64,000 nt of DNA from Candidatus Parcubacteria bacterium (GCA_018664825.1 JABJNO010000018.1:22722-86721); one strand, 5' to 3'. Shown: positions 17,130-28,334, numbered from the stretch's first letter. Numbers and translations are program-made. The notes: a model not told the origin generated them from the sequence alone.

Positions 17130-18488
17130 ATGTCCAAAAACTACAAAGTGGCTATCACAGGAAGAGTAAATGTAGGTAAGTCCACACTCTTTAATAAGTT
17201 GATATCAAGTCGAAAGGCGATAATCTCTCCTGTAGCCGGTACAACTAGAGATAGAAACTATGCGGTCTGCACTTGGAAAGACCTTGATTTTTATCTTGTT
17301 GATACTGGTGGTCTAGAAAGACAATCAGACGATGATATCGACAAACAAATAAGCGAACAAGCAATATCTGCTATAGAAGAAGCTGACCTTCTTTTGTTTG
17401 TGGTAGATATCAAAACTGGCATTATGCCAACTGATACTGAGCTGAGTAAATATTTCAAAAAAATAAAAAAACCAGTCATCCTAGTAGCAAACAAAACTGA
17501 CCACAACCGACTTCGAAATAATATAGCTGAATTTTATAAACTAAACATGGACAAGCCTTGGCCAATCTCCGCCTCTAGTGGAATCGGCACAGGAGACCTA
17601 CTTGATGAAGTTGTAAAAACTTTGAAAGGTTTAGCTGGTAAAAAGAAGAAATCAAAAACTATAGAAATAGAAGAAGCTATCAAAGTAGCCATTGTTGGTA
17701 AACCAAATGTAGGAAAATCATCTATCATCAATGCTATCTTAGGAGAAGACCGGGCCATAGTGTCGGCCACTCCTCATACCACTCGTGATTCTCAAGATAT
17801 CGAAGTAACTTACGAAGGTAAAAAAATAATCTTTGTTGATACAGCTGGCCTTAGACGACATAGCAAAAAATCAGCCGACGCCTTTGAAAAGCTGAGCATT
17901 GAACAAAGCTTGCAAACTATCCGTCGTGTTGATATTGCAGTCTTGGTGACCGATGTTTCAAAAAAACTTACTTGGCAAGACAAAAAACTTATCGACGAAG
18001 CAAATGAGTCTGGAACCGGAATTATCATCCTGGCCAACAAATGGGATCTAATCCCCGACAAAGATACCGCCACTATCCAAGAATATGATAAATATTACAA
18101 AAGATTTTTTCCTTTCATCACTTGGGCGCCCATCCTTTATACTTCAGCTACCAAAAATATCCGAATCAAAAAGATGCTTTCTTTGGTACTGTCTGTATTT
18201 GAAGAAAAAAATAGAACCATCTCTGAAAATGCCCTTGATAAATTATTGAAAAAAGTAATAAAAAAACACAAACCATCTCGTGGCAAAGGTACTAACCACC
18301 CTTATATATACAGTCTAAAACAAACCCGCACCAATCCCCCAACATTTGCAGTCAAGATGAATTTTAAGGCTGACTTACATCTTTCATATTTAAGGTTTAT
18401 TGAAAATAATTTACGATATAAATTTGGTTTATTGGGAACTCCCATAAAAATATATCTCAAAAAGAGTCAAAACACTCAAGATAAGTAA
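17130..18488 (+). CDS. der: Ribosome-biogenesis GTPase Der/EngA (tandem GTPase domains plus KH-like C-terminus)
   Basis: Two G1 motifs are present (GRVNVGKSTLFN and GKPNVGKSSIIN), along with DTGG/DTAG and NKTD/NKWD. Confidence 0.85.
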   Translation: MSKNYKVAITGRVNVGKSTLFNKLISSRKAIISPVAGTTRDRNYAVCTWKDLDFYLVDTGGLERQSDDDIDKQISEQAISAIEEADLLLFVVDIKTGIMPTDTELSKYFKKIKKPVILVANKTDHNRLRNNIAEFYKLNMDKPWPISASSGIGTGDLLDEVVKTLKGLAGKKKKSKTIEIEEAIKVAIVGKPNVGKSSIINAILGEDRAIVSATPHTTRDSQDIEVTYEGKKIIFVDTAGLRRHSKKSADAFEKLSIEQSLQTIRRVDIAVLVTDVSKKLTWQDKKLIDEANESGTGIIILANKWDLIPDKDTATIQEYDKYYKRFFPFITWAPILYTSATKNIRIKKMLSLVLSVFEEKNRTISENALDKLLKKVIKKHKPSRGKGTNHPYIYSLKQTRTNPPTFAVKMNFKADLHLSYLRFIENNLRYKFGLLGTPIKIYLKKSQNTQDK

Positions 18489-18499
18489 AACATTTTTTT

Positions 18500-19060
18500 A
18501 TGCGTCTAATAATTGGACTAGGCAACCCAGATAAAGAGCACATGTTTACCAGACACAATTTTGGTCATCTTAGTATTGATTCTTTGGTTGCCAAAAAAGA
18601 ACTGCATTGGAAAAAACATAAAAATACCCATAGCCTCAGTACTGACTTCCAAAATGGTAGAGAAAAAATAGTCCTAGCCAAAAGCATGACTTATATGAAT
18701 GACTCTGGTAAGGCTGTGCGAGCTTTAAAGAAATTTTATAAATTACCAACAAATAAAATAATCGTTATTTACGATGATATTGATTTACCTTATGGTAAAA
18801 TAAGATTATCCAAAAAACGCGGTGCTGGTGGACACAGGGGCGTAGAAAGTATCATCAAACATCTCAAATCAAAAGACTTCAAGAGAATCCGCCTAGGCAT
18901 CGGCCCACAAAAAGGAAAAGCCGAGAGCTTTGTCCTCAAAAGGTTTAGTAGTGAAGAAAAAACAAAACTTCCCGAAGTGATAGACACTAGTCATCTAGTG
19001 ATAGAAACAATCCTCAAAAAAGACTTTGATTCGGCAACCAACAAATATAACGAAAAATAA
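18500..19060 (+). CDS. pth: Peptidyl-tRNA hydrolase
   Basis: It reads MRLIIGLGNP...TRHNFGH...GHRG. Confidence 0.85.
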   Translation: MRLIIGLGNPDKEHMFTRHNFGHLSIDSLVAKKELHWKKHKNTHSLSTDFQNGREKIVLAKSMTYMNDSGKAVRALKKFYKLPTNKIIVIYDDIDLPYGKIRLSKKRGAGGHRGVESIIKHLKSKDFKRIRLGIGPQKGKAESFVLKRFSSEEKTKLPEVIDTSHLVIETILKKDFDSATNKYNEK

Positions 19061-19088
19061 AAAACCTCCCCAATCGGGGAGGTTTTTA
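19061..19088. terminator. Bidirectional rho-independent terminator between the convergent pth and pepA genes
   Basis: It is a perfect hairpin (aaaacctcccc-aatc-ggggaggtttt) flanked by A/T runs. Confidence 0.6.
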
Positions 19089-19090
19089 GA

Positions 19091-20575
19091 TTATATACTT
19101 CTCAACCACTCAAGTAACGTCCGTACACCATAACCTACTCCACCAACACCTGTATAGCTGTTGATTGGCTTTTCAGCATAAGCTGGACCACCCAGGTCTA
19201 TATGAGCCCACTTTACATCGTCTTCTATAAACTCTTCTAGAAATAAAGCGGCTGTAATAGCTCCGCCATAACGAGTATTTGGAATATTGCGTATATCAGC
19301 AATAGCACTTTTGTTTAGTTTTTTGTATTCCGGTGGCAATGGCAATGACCATATTTTTTCACCAGTAGCATCAGCTGACTTTAACAATTGTTTATTTAGA
19401 CCATCATCATTGGCAAACAAGCCGGCATAGTCGGGTCCCAAGGCTACCACTACTGCCCCTGTCAGCGTTGCTAGATCTACTATTGTCTTGATACCTTGCT
19501 TTTGAGTATAGGCCAGAGAATCGGCCAAAGTCACTCTACCCTCGGCATCGGTATTACCTATTTCTATACTTTTGCCTTGCATATTTTTGATGACATCACC
19601 CGGCTTGAGAGCTCTGCCGGATGGCATATTTTCACAAGCAGCCACAATACCGTGTACCTCTACCTTTGGCCTGATGTCGGCTATCACAGAAAACAATCCA
19701 ATCACAGTAGCTGCTCCCGCCATATCCATCTTCATCTGAGTCATACTATCACCCGGCTTGATATTGAGTCCTCCACTATCAAAGGTAATACCTTTTCCTA
19801 CCAAGCCAATCTTATCTTTGGCCTTGCCACTTGGCTTGTAAACCAAATGAATAAACTTTAGTGCTTCGTTTGATCCTTGATCAACACCAAGATATGCTTC
19901 CATGCCCATTTTTTTGACTTGAGCTTTATCCAAAATCTTGACGCTGATATTTTTATTATCTTTGGCAATTTTTTCAGCTTGTCTGGCCAAATAAGTAGGC
20001 GTCATCACGCCAGCTGGTTCATTGACCAAGTCACGAGCTAGGTTCGTACCCTGAGTCAGCACCGTGCCAGTTTGCCAACCTTTTCTGAATTGAGCTGACT
20101 TATTTGATAATACAAAAATATTTTCTAAATCTACTTTGATTTTGTCTTTATCTTGTTTTTTGTATTTATCAAAATCATACTTAGCAAGCTCCAGTCCCTC
20201 AGCCACGGCTTGTCCTAAAGAAACAACATCGTTGTTGCCTTTTAGCCAGGCTGAAGTTTCAATGCCAAAAGACTTGGTTTGAAACTTTTTTAGATAAGCA
20301 ACGATCTCTCCTGCTGTCTGACGCCAATCTTCCATGGCCAATTTTTTGATTTGACCAGTACCTATCAAAACTACAATTTGTTCAACATCGGGCATGGTAA
20401 AAACCTGCCCCTTGTTTCCTGCAAATTTAGCCCTAGCCATTTTATCAAGCACTAGCTCCTCGTCTTCATAATCCAGTTGTTTGACTAGCTTGGCAATAGC
20501 TACCTTATCTTTGAGAACAGGATAAAATAATATCTCTGCTTCATCAATATCTTTGTTTCTAATTGTTAACTTCAT
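19091..20575 (-). CDS. pepA: Leucyl aminopeptidase (M17)
   Basis: It carries the NTDAEGR signature and other M17 core residues. Confidence 0.8.
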   Translation of the reverse strand: MKLTIRNKDIDEAEILFYPVLKDKVAIAKLVKQLDYEDEELVLDKMARAKFAGNKGQVFTMPDVEQIVVLIGTGQIKKLAMEDWRQTAGEIVAYLKKFQTKSFGIETSAWLKGNNDVVSLGQAVAEGLELAKYDFDKYKKQDKDKIKVDLENIFVLSNKSAQFRKGWQTGTVLTQGTNLARDLVNEPAGVMTPTYLARQAEKIAKDNKNISVKILDKAQVKKMGMEAYLGVDQGSNEALKFIHLVYKPSGKAKDKIGLVGKGITFDSGGLNIKPGDSMTQMKMDMAGAATVIGLFSVIADIRPKVEVHGIVAACENMPSGRALKPGDVIKNMQGKSIEIGNTDAEGRVTLADSLAYTQKQGIKTIVDLATLTGAVVVALGPDYAGLFANDDGLNKQLLKSADATGEKIWSLPLPPEYKKLNKSAIADIRNIPNTRYGGAITAALFLEEFIEDDVKWAHIDLGGPAYAEKPINSYTGVGGVGYGVRTLLEWLRSI

Positions 20576-20675
20576 ATGTTTTCTTTTTAATTATTAAGCT
20601 TAATTTAACATAGCTCAAAATATATATCAATGTCTTATTTTAATTGGTGTGGGTGACATAAATGCCACCCACAAG

Positions 20676-20870
20676 CTATCCATCGAACCAGGGACTACTG
20701 TTAGATTCATTTCCTGTCCAGGAAACTTCCGAATCCTCATAGTCATCTTGGCTATAAATAGCCTTTTGGTTACCTGATTTTGATTGACCGGTGACAGAAT
20801 CCACATCCACACCGTCAACCAAATCTTCTCGCTCTAGCTTGGTATCCTGTTCAGGAGTTTTTTGCGACAT
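20676..20870 (-). CDS. Small acidic low-complexity protein (64 aa) downstream of the G+C-rich ORF
   Basis: It is an ORF 12 nt downstream of 20883..21200. The product is D/E/S-rich, so coding status is uncertain. Confidence 0.3.
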   Translation of the reverse strand: MSQKTPEQDTKLEREDLVDGVDVDSVTGQSKSGNQKAIYSQDDYEDSEVSWTGNESNSSPWFDG

Positions 20871-20882
20871 AAGATCGACTCC

Positions 20883-21200
20883 TTAAACATTACGAACAAT
20901 GCAATCTGCATTCCACTTTATGCGAGCCAGCAACAACTTTGTTGCTTTGCCGCGCCACTCAGGTACCTTTTCTACGATCAAGCGCAGATGTGCATCCGAG
21001 GGATCCCGACTCAACAACTCTACTGTTACCTTGTCCCGCCAAAGCGACCCCTTGGATACTACCTCTGCCAACTGCTCGTTGCTGGGGTTGGTATCCAAAA
21101 AATCTTGGCAGGCTCGCTGTACCTGGGCGACTTCTGGTCCCCAGATTTTGTGACGATCTCTGTACATGGTATTACCTCCGGTTAAATGAAAGATGGTCAC
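20883..21200 (-). CDS. Hypothetical 105-aa protein encoded in a G+C-enriched segment; likely foreign
   Basis: It is a clean ORF whose codon composition is visibly G+C-rich against the AT-rich background. I recognise no family for it. Confidence 0.4.
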   Translation of the reverse strand: MTIFHLTGGNTMYRDRHKIWGPEVAQVQRACQDFLDTNPSNEQLAEVVSKGSLWRDKVTVELLSRDPSDAHLRLIVEKVPEWRGKATKLLLARIKWNADCIVRNV

Positions 21201-21447
21201 TCACTTTGAAAAGGACAAAAATTTATACAACAAAAAATTAGCTATGGTCAATAGCTAATTTGTAAAAAATTATAAATTTGTCGTTATATAAACAAAATCA
21301 AAATTATAATATAGCTATCAACACACCAAAAATACCTCTGCATAATATCTGCAGTGGAATCTAAAAGTGTGTGATTTACAAATTAAATTCTTCATAATAT
21401 TGTTTACGTAGCTTAAGTATATACAAATAAAAAAATCTGTCAAATAA

Positions 21448-21483
21448 TTGACAAATCAAAGAATAAAATTTACTATAAATATA
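21448..21483 (+). promoter_or_regulatory. Putative promoter (TTGACA-17-TACTAT/TATAAA) for the zinc-ribbon gene pair
   Basis: ttgaca at 21448 is followed after about 17 nt by tactataaat. The -10 match is imperfect. Confidence 0.3.
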
Positions 21484-21516
21484 TAGACGTTCTTACCATA
21501 AAAAAGGAGTGAAAAC

Positions 21517-21705
21517 ATGTTGAAAAATTTTCTCTGCACCGAGTGCAAAAAGTCCTTTGAAATTGATGGTTTTGGTCAAGAAGTAGAAATGACAAGCAAC
21601 GCCAAAAACACTGGTCATCATGGACTATGCGAGGCTTGCCAAAAGGCTACTGGAAAATACCCTGACCTATTGACAATAGGAGCACCGAAAGGAATGAAAA
21701 CATGA
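21517..21705 (+). CDS. Small zinc-ribbon protein (CxxC...CxxC)
   Basis: It reads LCTECKK...CEACQK and is preceded by the strongest SD in the window (aaaggagtgaaaacATG). Confidence 0.5.
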   Translation: MLKNFLCTECKKSFEIDGFGQEVEMTSNAKNTGHHGLCEACQKATGKYPDLLTIGAPKGMKT

Positions 21706-21896
21706 CACAAAAAGTAGAAATACTAAGTGGATTTTTCACTTGCTGTGAATGTCGAGAACTTTTTTATCGACAACCCAATGCCCAAGGTGGGCACGATGAA
21801 CGTAAGGTCAAAGAAGAAGAATGTGGAGGCAGTGATTGTCCAATGAATATTTGTAGCCCTTGTTACAAAAAAGTAACTAAAAAACCCTCGAAGTAA
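21702..21896 (+). CDS. Small Cys-rich zinc-ribbon protein, ATGA-coupled to the previous one
   Basis: It reads FFTCCECREL...CGGSDCPMNICSPCYKK and overlaps the upstream gene by ATGA. Confidence 0.5.
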   Translation: MTQKVEILSGFFTCCECRELFYRQPNAQGGHDERKVKEEECGGSDCPMNICSPCYKKVTKKPSK

Positions 21897-21912
21897 ATTT
21901 GAGGGTTTTTAT
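21880..21912 (+). terminator. Rho-independent terminator
   Basis: The hairpin aaaaccctcg-aagtaaattt-gagggttttt is followed by a T-run. The stop codon lies in the loop. Confidence 0.55.
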
Positions 21913-21955
21913 TATATCTCGAGCAAAGTCGAGAGGCTATTTGATATAAAATATT

Positions 21956-22639
21956 TTAGATAGCTACCTTGATACTTGGGCCCATTGAAGATGTCATATA
22001 AAGTGACTTGATAAAAGTCCCTTTTATACCTTGCGGTTTAGCTTTTTTCAATGAATCAATAAAAGTTTCAAAATTTTCCAATAGTTGTTTATCTTCAAAT
22101 GAAATTTTTCCGATAGACAAGTGGATATTGGAACTAGTATCATTTTTGTAAGATATCTTACCTTTTTTTAGTTCACCAACCATTTTCTTGACGTCAGGAC
22201 CGATAGTACCTGTCTTTGGATTTGGCATCAAGCCTTTTTGTCCAAGAACACGAGCAATCACAGCCAATTTTTTCATCATATCAGGAGTAGTAATTGCAAT
22301 ATCAAAATCTGTTTTACCAGTTTTTTTGATTTTAGCAATAAGCTCTTCATCGCCTATCACATCAGCACCAGCATCTTTGGCTTCTTTAACTTTATCATCT
22401 GAAACAAAAGCTGCTATTTTCAAAACTTTGCCTGTACCGTGTGGTAAGACCATAGATCCGCGGACAATTTGTTCACCTTTTTTTGGATCAATTCCCAGCC
22501 TACTATGCACTTCTACGCTAGCATCAAATTTTACCTTAGAGGTTTCTTTGACCAATGCAATAGCTTCTTCAGCAGTGTAAGTTTTGGTATTATCAATTTT
22601 GGCTCTAGCCTCTTTTAGCCTTTTACTTGTTTTTGCCAT
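21956..22639 (-). CDS. rplA: 50S ribosomal protein L1
   Basis: Its sequence and its position downstream of rplK support this. Confidence 0.85.
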   Translation of the reverse strand: MAKTSKRLKEARAKIDNTKTYTAEEAIALVKETSKVKFDASVEVHSRLGIDPKKGEQIVRGSMVLPHGTGKVLKIAAFVSDDKVKEAKDAGADVIGDEELIAKIKKTGKTDFDIAITTPDMMKKLAVIARVLGQKGLMPNPKTGTIGPDVKKMVGELKKGKISYKNDTSSNIHLSIGKISFEDKQLLENFETFIDSLKKAKPQGIKGTFIKSLYMTSSMGPSIKVAI

Positions 22640-22696
22640 ATTATTATTATTTATGAGGTAATAACGCTCTACCGACAGATAAAGCTCCCTACAAAT

Positions 22697-23122
22697 TTAT
22701 TCTTTAATTCTAACTCCCATTTGACGAGCAGTACCAGCTATAATCTTTTTGGCTGCATCAATGTCATTTGCATTTAAGTCTGGCATTTTTGCTTCTGCGA
22801 TCTCAGTCAATTGAGCATCAGTCAAACTACCAACTTTTTGTTGCAAAGGATTGCCTGAACCTTTTTTAAGGTTTGCCTTTTTCTTGATCATATCAGAAGC
22901 AGGAGCAGTCTTCAAAACTAGACTAAAACTTCTATCTTCATAAATAGTCAAATCCACTGGTACAACTTCTCCCATTCTATCTTTGGAAGCCTCGTTGAAC
23001 TGTACACAAAAAGCTTGGATATCCAAACCGTGCGGTCCTAGAGCTGTACCTACTGGAGGCGCTGGAGTAGCTTTACCAGCTTGAATTTGTAATTTTACAA
23101 CTTGCTTTACTTGTTTTGCCAT
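22697..23122 (-). CDS. rplK: 50S ribosomal protein L11
   Basis: It reads [31 protein letters not shown] placed the start at the internal Met. Confidence 0.85.
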   Translation of the reverse strand: MAKQVKQVVKLQIQAGKATPAPPVGTALGPHGLDIQAFCVQFNEASKDRMGEVVPVDLTIYEDRSFSLVLKTAPASDMIKKKANLKKGSGNPLQQKVGSLTDAQLTEIAEAKMPDLNANDIDAAKKIIAGTARQMGVRIKE

Positions 23123-23185
23123 ATAATTGTTGTTGTGAGGTAATAACACTCAAGTGACTACCCTCGAGCTCCCTCTGTTATAAAT

Positions 23186-23731
23186 TTAAACTTTTTTAAT
23201 TTGTAAAAAATCTAGTTCAACAGGTGTTTCACGACCAAACATTGAAACCAATACCTTGGCCTTACCACGAGCTTCATCAATATCAGAAACTTTACCTTCA
23301 TAATCCTTGAAAGGACCATCAACGATCTTGACCAACTCACCAATACTAACATCAACTTTGTATTCTGGTTCTTCATCACCCATTCTACCTACCAATGCCT
23401 TGATTTCACTTTCTGAAACAGGAGTTGGAGTAGTACCGGATCCTACAAAACCAGTAACATTTGGTGTATTACGGACAACATACCAAGACGCATCAGTAAC
23501 TATCATATTTACCAAAACATAACCGGGGAAGATTTTTTCTTTTACAGTCTTCCTTTTTCCGTTTTTAATCTTGATCTTTGTCTCAACAGGTATCAACACG
23601 TCAAAAATTTTGTCTTCCATGTCCATAGACTCGATTCTTTGTTTCAGGTTTCGAGATACATTTTCTTCATAACCAGAATATGTATGCAAGACATACCAAC
23701 GTCTACCTGCTTGAGGATTTTGCTTTGGCAT
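23186..23731 (-). CDS. nusG: Transcription antitermination factor NusG
   Basis: It has an NGN domain (RRWYVLHTYSGYE) and a KOW (GELVKIVDGPFKDYEGKV). Confidence 0.85.
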   Translation of the reverse strand: MPKQNPQAGRRWYVLHTYSGYEENVSRNLKQRIESMDMEDKIFDVLIPVETKIKIKNGKRKTVKEKIFPGYVLVNMIVTDASWYVVRNTPNVTGFVGSGTTPTPVSESEIKALVGRMGDEEPEYKVDVSIGELVKIVDGPFKDYEGKVSDIDEARGKAKVLVSMFGRETPVELDFLQIKKV

Positions 23732-23758
23732 ATTTTTATATCTTAAATATTACTTAAA

Positions 23759-23933
23759 TCAAAAATTGTAGAACTCTATTCAAAAGGAAATCAATACCGC
23801 CCAAGAATACAGCTACTACTACAGAAATCCCAATAACCACCAAAGTATGTTGAGTGGTAGTTTCTCTACTTGGCCAAACGACCTTGGCTAATTCTTCTCT
23901 AGCTCCTTTAAAATAATTTGCAATTTTACTCAT
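23759..23933 (-). CDS. secE: Preprotein translocase subunit SecE (58 aa; not in the ORF track)
   Basis: The reverse-complement translates to MSKIANYFKGAREELAKVVWPSRETTTQHTLVVIGISVVVAVFLGGIDFLLNRVLQFL. Its position just upstream of nusG is the canonical one. Confidence 0.6.
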
Positions 23934-24024
23934 ATTTTTGAATTTTCAGGTTTTTTAAAACAGCTCGTGTGGCTGTTTAACGCGATTACTATATCATAAA
24001 AAAACATCTTTGGCAAGGGTATAC

Positions 24025-24050
24025 GCAAAAAACCCCCGAATTGGGGGTTT
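24025..24050. terminator. Rho-independent terminator (works in either direction)
   Basis: The hairpin is aaaaaaccccc-gaat-tgggggtttt. Confidence 0.55.
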
Positions 24051-24074
24051 TGGCTTTATTTATATACTTTTTTA

Positions 24075-25238
24075 TTATAATCCTAGCTCAATAAACTCTA
24101 CTGTATTAGCTACTGCTGAAGGATAACTAATAATTGTATAGCTATCAATAATAACATTAGCTATTTCACCATCTTCATATGGCCCAAAAATTCTCTGAAC
24201 TTCTGAGCTATTTATAAAACAAAATGAAGTAGTCCGTGTATCCTCATCAATCTTTGGTAATTTAGCATCTGATATTTCATCAAGACTATAAACACAGTGA
24301 CTAGCAACAATATCGTTGTAATGGTACTCGCCAATTACATTTACTTGTCCACTAAATTTTACTTCTGCATTTTCATAACTAATTCCACTAAAAGATTCTT
24401 TGAATGGTGCAATAGAAACAATTTCCATATCTACAATTTCATCACCAACTTCGGCGGTCATTACATCAAAAATATTTGTTTGTTTTTCTAAAAATTTGAA
24501 ATTTTCTAATAACCAATCTGCCGAGTCAATCAAATCTTTATTATCTTCACCAATATAAACTATGATGTCTATTTTAGTGTCAGAAATAAAAGTTGTATAC
24601 TCACGTATATAACCTCCATCACCCACAACCCTTCTAGTGTAAGAAAAATACTTTGTGCCTGCATAATCATCTAACTTGTATTTTTCATAATCTTGACCAC
24701 CTGCAAAGGCTTGCCTTTGTCCTTGATAGCGTTCTGATGTTGGATAGTCCCCCATAAAGCATAAATTTTCTTCTGCTTTTGCCTCGCAAATTTTTATTGA
24801 GCCCTCTGAAAAAAATTGTATCTCCATTAAGTTTGGTAATCCACTATCAGCTCCTAAAAAATCATAAGAAGCAAAAGACCCTCTCCTGCCTTCTTCTAAA
24901 CTTTTACTAATAGTGTATTTATTAGGAAATTCTATACTTAAATTAGCTTCCGGTATATAAAATGCTTTTAGATCAACCTCTTCCACTTCTTTTTCTTTCA
25001 CCTCCACTTCTTTTTCTAAATCCTCCACTTCTTTTTCTAGTTCAGAAATCTTACCACCCGCTTCATTTTTAATTTCAGATAATTTACTATTGAGACTAGA
25101 GACAGAGGCTTGTTGCCAAGTATAAACAATACCACCCACCAATAAAGCGGTAATAATAACCAACAAGACCATCACACCACCTTTGTTGTGTTTTTTGTTT
25201 TTCTTTGGTGTCCCTGGGGCATTCAATTTTTTGTACAT
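24075..25238 (-). CDS. Hypothetical membrane-anchored protein with an N-terminal TM, a coiled coil (EKEVE repeats) and a C-terminal globular domain
   Basis: It has a long ORF, an N-terminal TM helix (VMVLLVIITALLVGGIVY) and KEVEDLEKEVEVKEKEVEE repeats. Confidence 0.5.
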   Translation of the reverse strand: MYKKLNAPGTPKKNKKHNKGGVMVLLVIITALLVGGIVYTWQQASVSSLNSKLSEIKNEAGGKISELEKEVEDLEKEVEVKEKEVEEVDLKAFYIPEANLSIEFPNKYTISKSLEEGRRGSFASYDFLGADSGLPNLMEIQFFSEGSIKICEAKAEENLCFMGDYPTSERYQGQRQAFAGGQDYEKYKLDDYAGTKYFSYTRRVVGDGGYIREYTTFISDTKIDIIVYIGEDNKDLIDSADWLLENFKFLEKQTNIFDVMTAEVGDEIVDMEIVSIAPFKESFSGISYENAEVKFSGQVNVIGEYHYNDIVASHCVYSLDEISDAKLPKIDEDTRTTSFCFINSSEVQRIFGPYEDGEIANVIIDSYTIISYPSAVANTVEFIELGL

Positions 25239-25274
25239 ATATTTTTTGTTTTAGTCCGCTCTAGGCGGATAATT

Positions 25275-27338
<2,064 letters not shown>

Positions 27339-27515
27339 TTATAGTATTTTTTAATTTAAATATACCTTTATTTTAGCATAAAATAGTCAAAAAAACAACC
27401 AAAATTGGCCGTTTTTTACTATGATTATTATGGCTAATATTAGACAAAAAGTATCGATTTTTACTTTCTCAAAATTGAACCAAATTTTTTGCCCAAAATA
27501 CCCTAAATTTTATCC

Positions 27516-27556
27516 AAAAAAAATAGCCCTGTTTCAATCAAATGACTGAAACAGAG
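27516..27556 (-). terminator. Rho-independent terminator downstream of the HPt gene
   Basis: The stem ctgtttca...tgaaacag (8 bp perfect) is followed on the minus strand by an 8-nt T-run. Confidence 0.55.
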
Positions 27557-27572
27557 CTGAGTGGATGTTGTA

Positions 27573-28079
27573 TTAAGAAGCGCTTATGTTATTAATTGCC
27601 TCTAATGCTTTTTTATATTCCAATGCAAAATTATCCTTGGCTGCATTGATATCATTCTGGTCACCATTTTTGGCGGCCGACTCAAGTGCCTTGCACGCAA
27701 TAGCTAAGCGCGGTGCACCATAAGTCAGGCAAGCTCCTCTGAGGGCGTGACTATCACGGACAATAATGGCGGTGTTCCGAGCAACAATCGCTTGAGCAAT
27801 AGAATCGAACAACAGCGGTGCGTGGTCTAAAAAAAGATCACGTAGTTCGGCCAGGATTTCCTGATCATCACCGAATTCGGCTATCAGACGAGATTCGTCA
27901 ATGACAGGTGTATCTCCGAGGTTCATATCCTCAAGCACTTTGACCAGGGTCCATTTTCCTGAATTTACCAATCTGACTGCCTCGCCTGGATCACTTTCTC
28001 CTGTCTGACTCATAATGTTCTTAACGAGAGCATTGAGCCTTCCGGGCAAGATGTTACGAATTGCAAATTGATCGTTCAT
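27573..28079 (-). CDS. Stand-alone histidine phosphotransfer (HPt) domain protein, encoded in a G+C-enriched segment
   Basis: The C-terminal half reads SHALRGACLTYGAPRLAIACKALE, the canonical HPt H-x-L-K/R-G-x-x-x-x-x-G-A motif. I placed the start at MNDQ (cat at 28077-28079), which sits behind AGGAGAAG with a 5-nt gap. The longer track ORF to 28223 is probably an over-extension. Confidence 0.6.
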   Translation of the reverse strand: MNDQFAIRNILPGRLNALVKNIMSQTGESDPGEAVRLVNSGKWTLVKVLEDMNLGDTPVIDESRLIAEFGDDQEILAELRDLFLDHAPLLFDSIAQAIVARNTAIIVRDSHALRGACLTYGAPRLAIACKALESAAKNGDQNDINAAKDNFALEYKKALEAINNISAS

Positions 28080-28273
28080 GATACTTCTCCTAATGCTTGT
28101 TTGCACTTTTTCATTTTCCTCTAATCCGAGGAAGGAGCTACAACAGTTGTAGTCATAGCCAGAAAATACCATCTTCAGATAGTAACTTTTGGCTATGCCT
28201 ACATATTTTAAAGAACATAGCATATTAATCTATAATATAAATTATGTCAAATTCCTCGTACCTAACAAATAAT

Positions 28274-28309
28274 ACAAAAATCCCCATTGCCTACAAAAAC
28301 AACGGGGAT
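28274..28309 (-). terminator. Rho-independent terminator downstream of pheST
   Basis: The hairpin tccccattg...caacgggga has one mismatch and is followed by a minus-strand T-run. Confidence 0.45.
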
Positions 28310-28334
28310 AAAATTTAAGTTTATATTATGCTTA

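Noticed and set aside
20627-20818. An alternative overlapping minus-strand ORF (63 aa) inside the acidic 64-aa ORF region
   Set aside because: It is a different frame of the same segment with no start context. At most one of the two is real, and I kept the one contiguous with the G+C-rich ORF.
21330-21347. The ctgcataatatctgcag near-palindrome in the 316-nt spacer
   Set aside because: Only the outer 5 bp pair (ctgca/tgcag). It is too weak to call a site on its own.
22188-22580. A 130-aa plus-strand ORF
   Set aside because: It is antisense within rplA, so it is a shadow ORF.
23934-24074. Possible tRNA gene in the secE-upstream spacer, where tRNA-Trp often sits in other bacteria
   Set aside because: I could not fold a cloverleaf, with no GTTC-like T-arm or anticodon stem. 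The spacer is occupied by a terminator hairpin instead.
28080-28223. The long N-terminal extension of the HPt ORF as given in the track (MLCSLKYVGIAKSYYLK...)
   Set aside because: The extension is Cys/Tyr-rich nonsense-like sequence. It contains the palindrome and an excellent SD/ATG further in, at 28079, so the real start is most likely internal.
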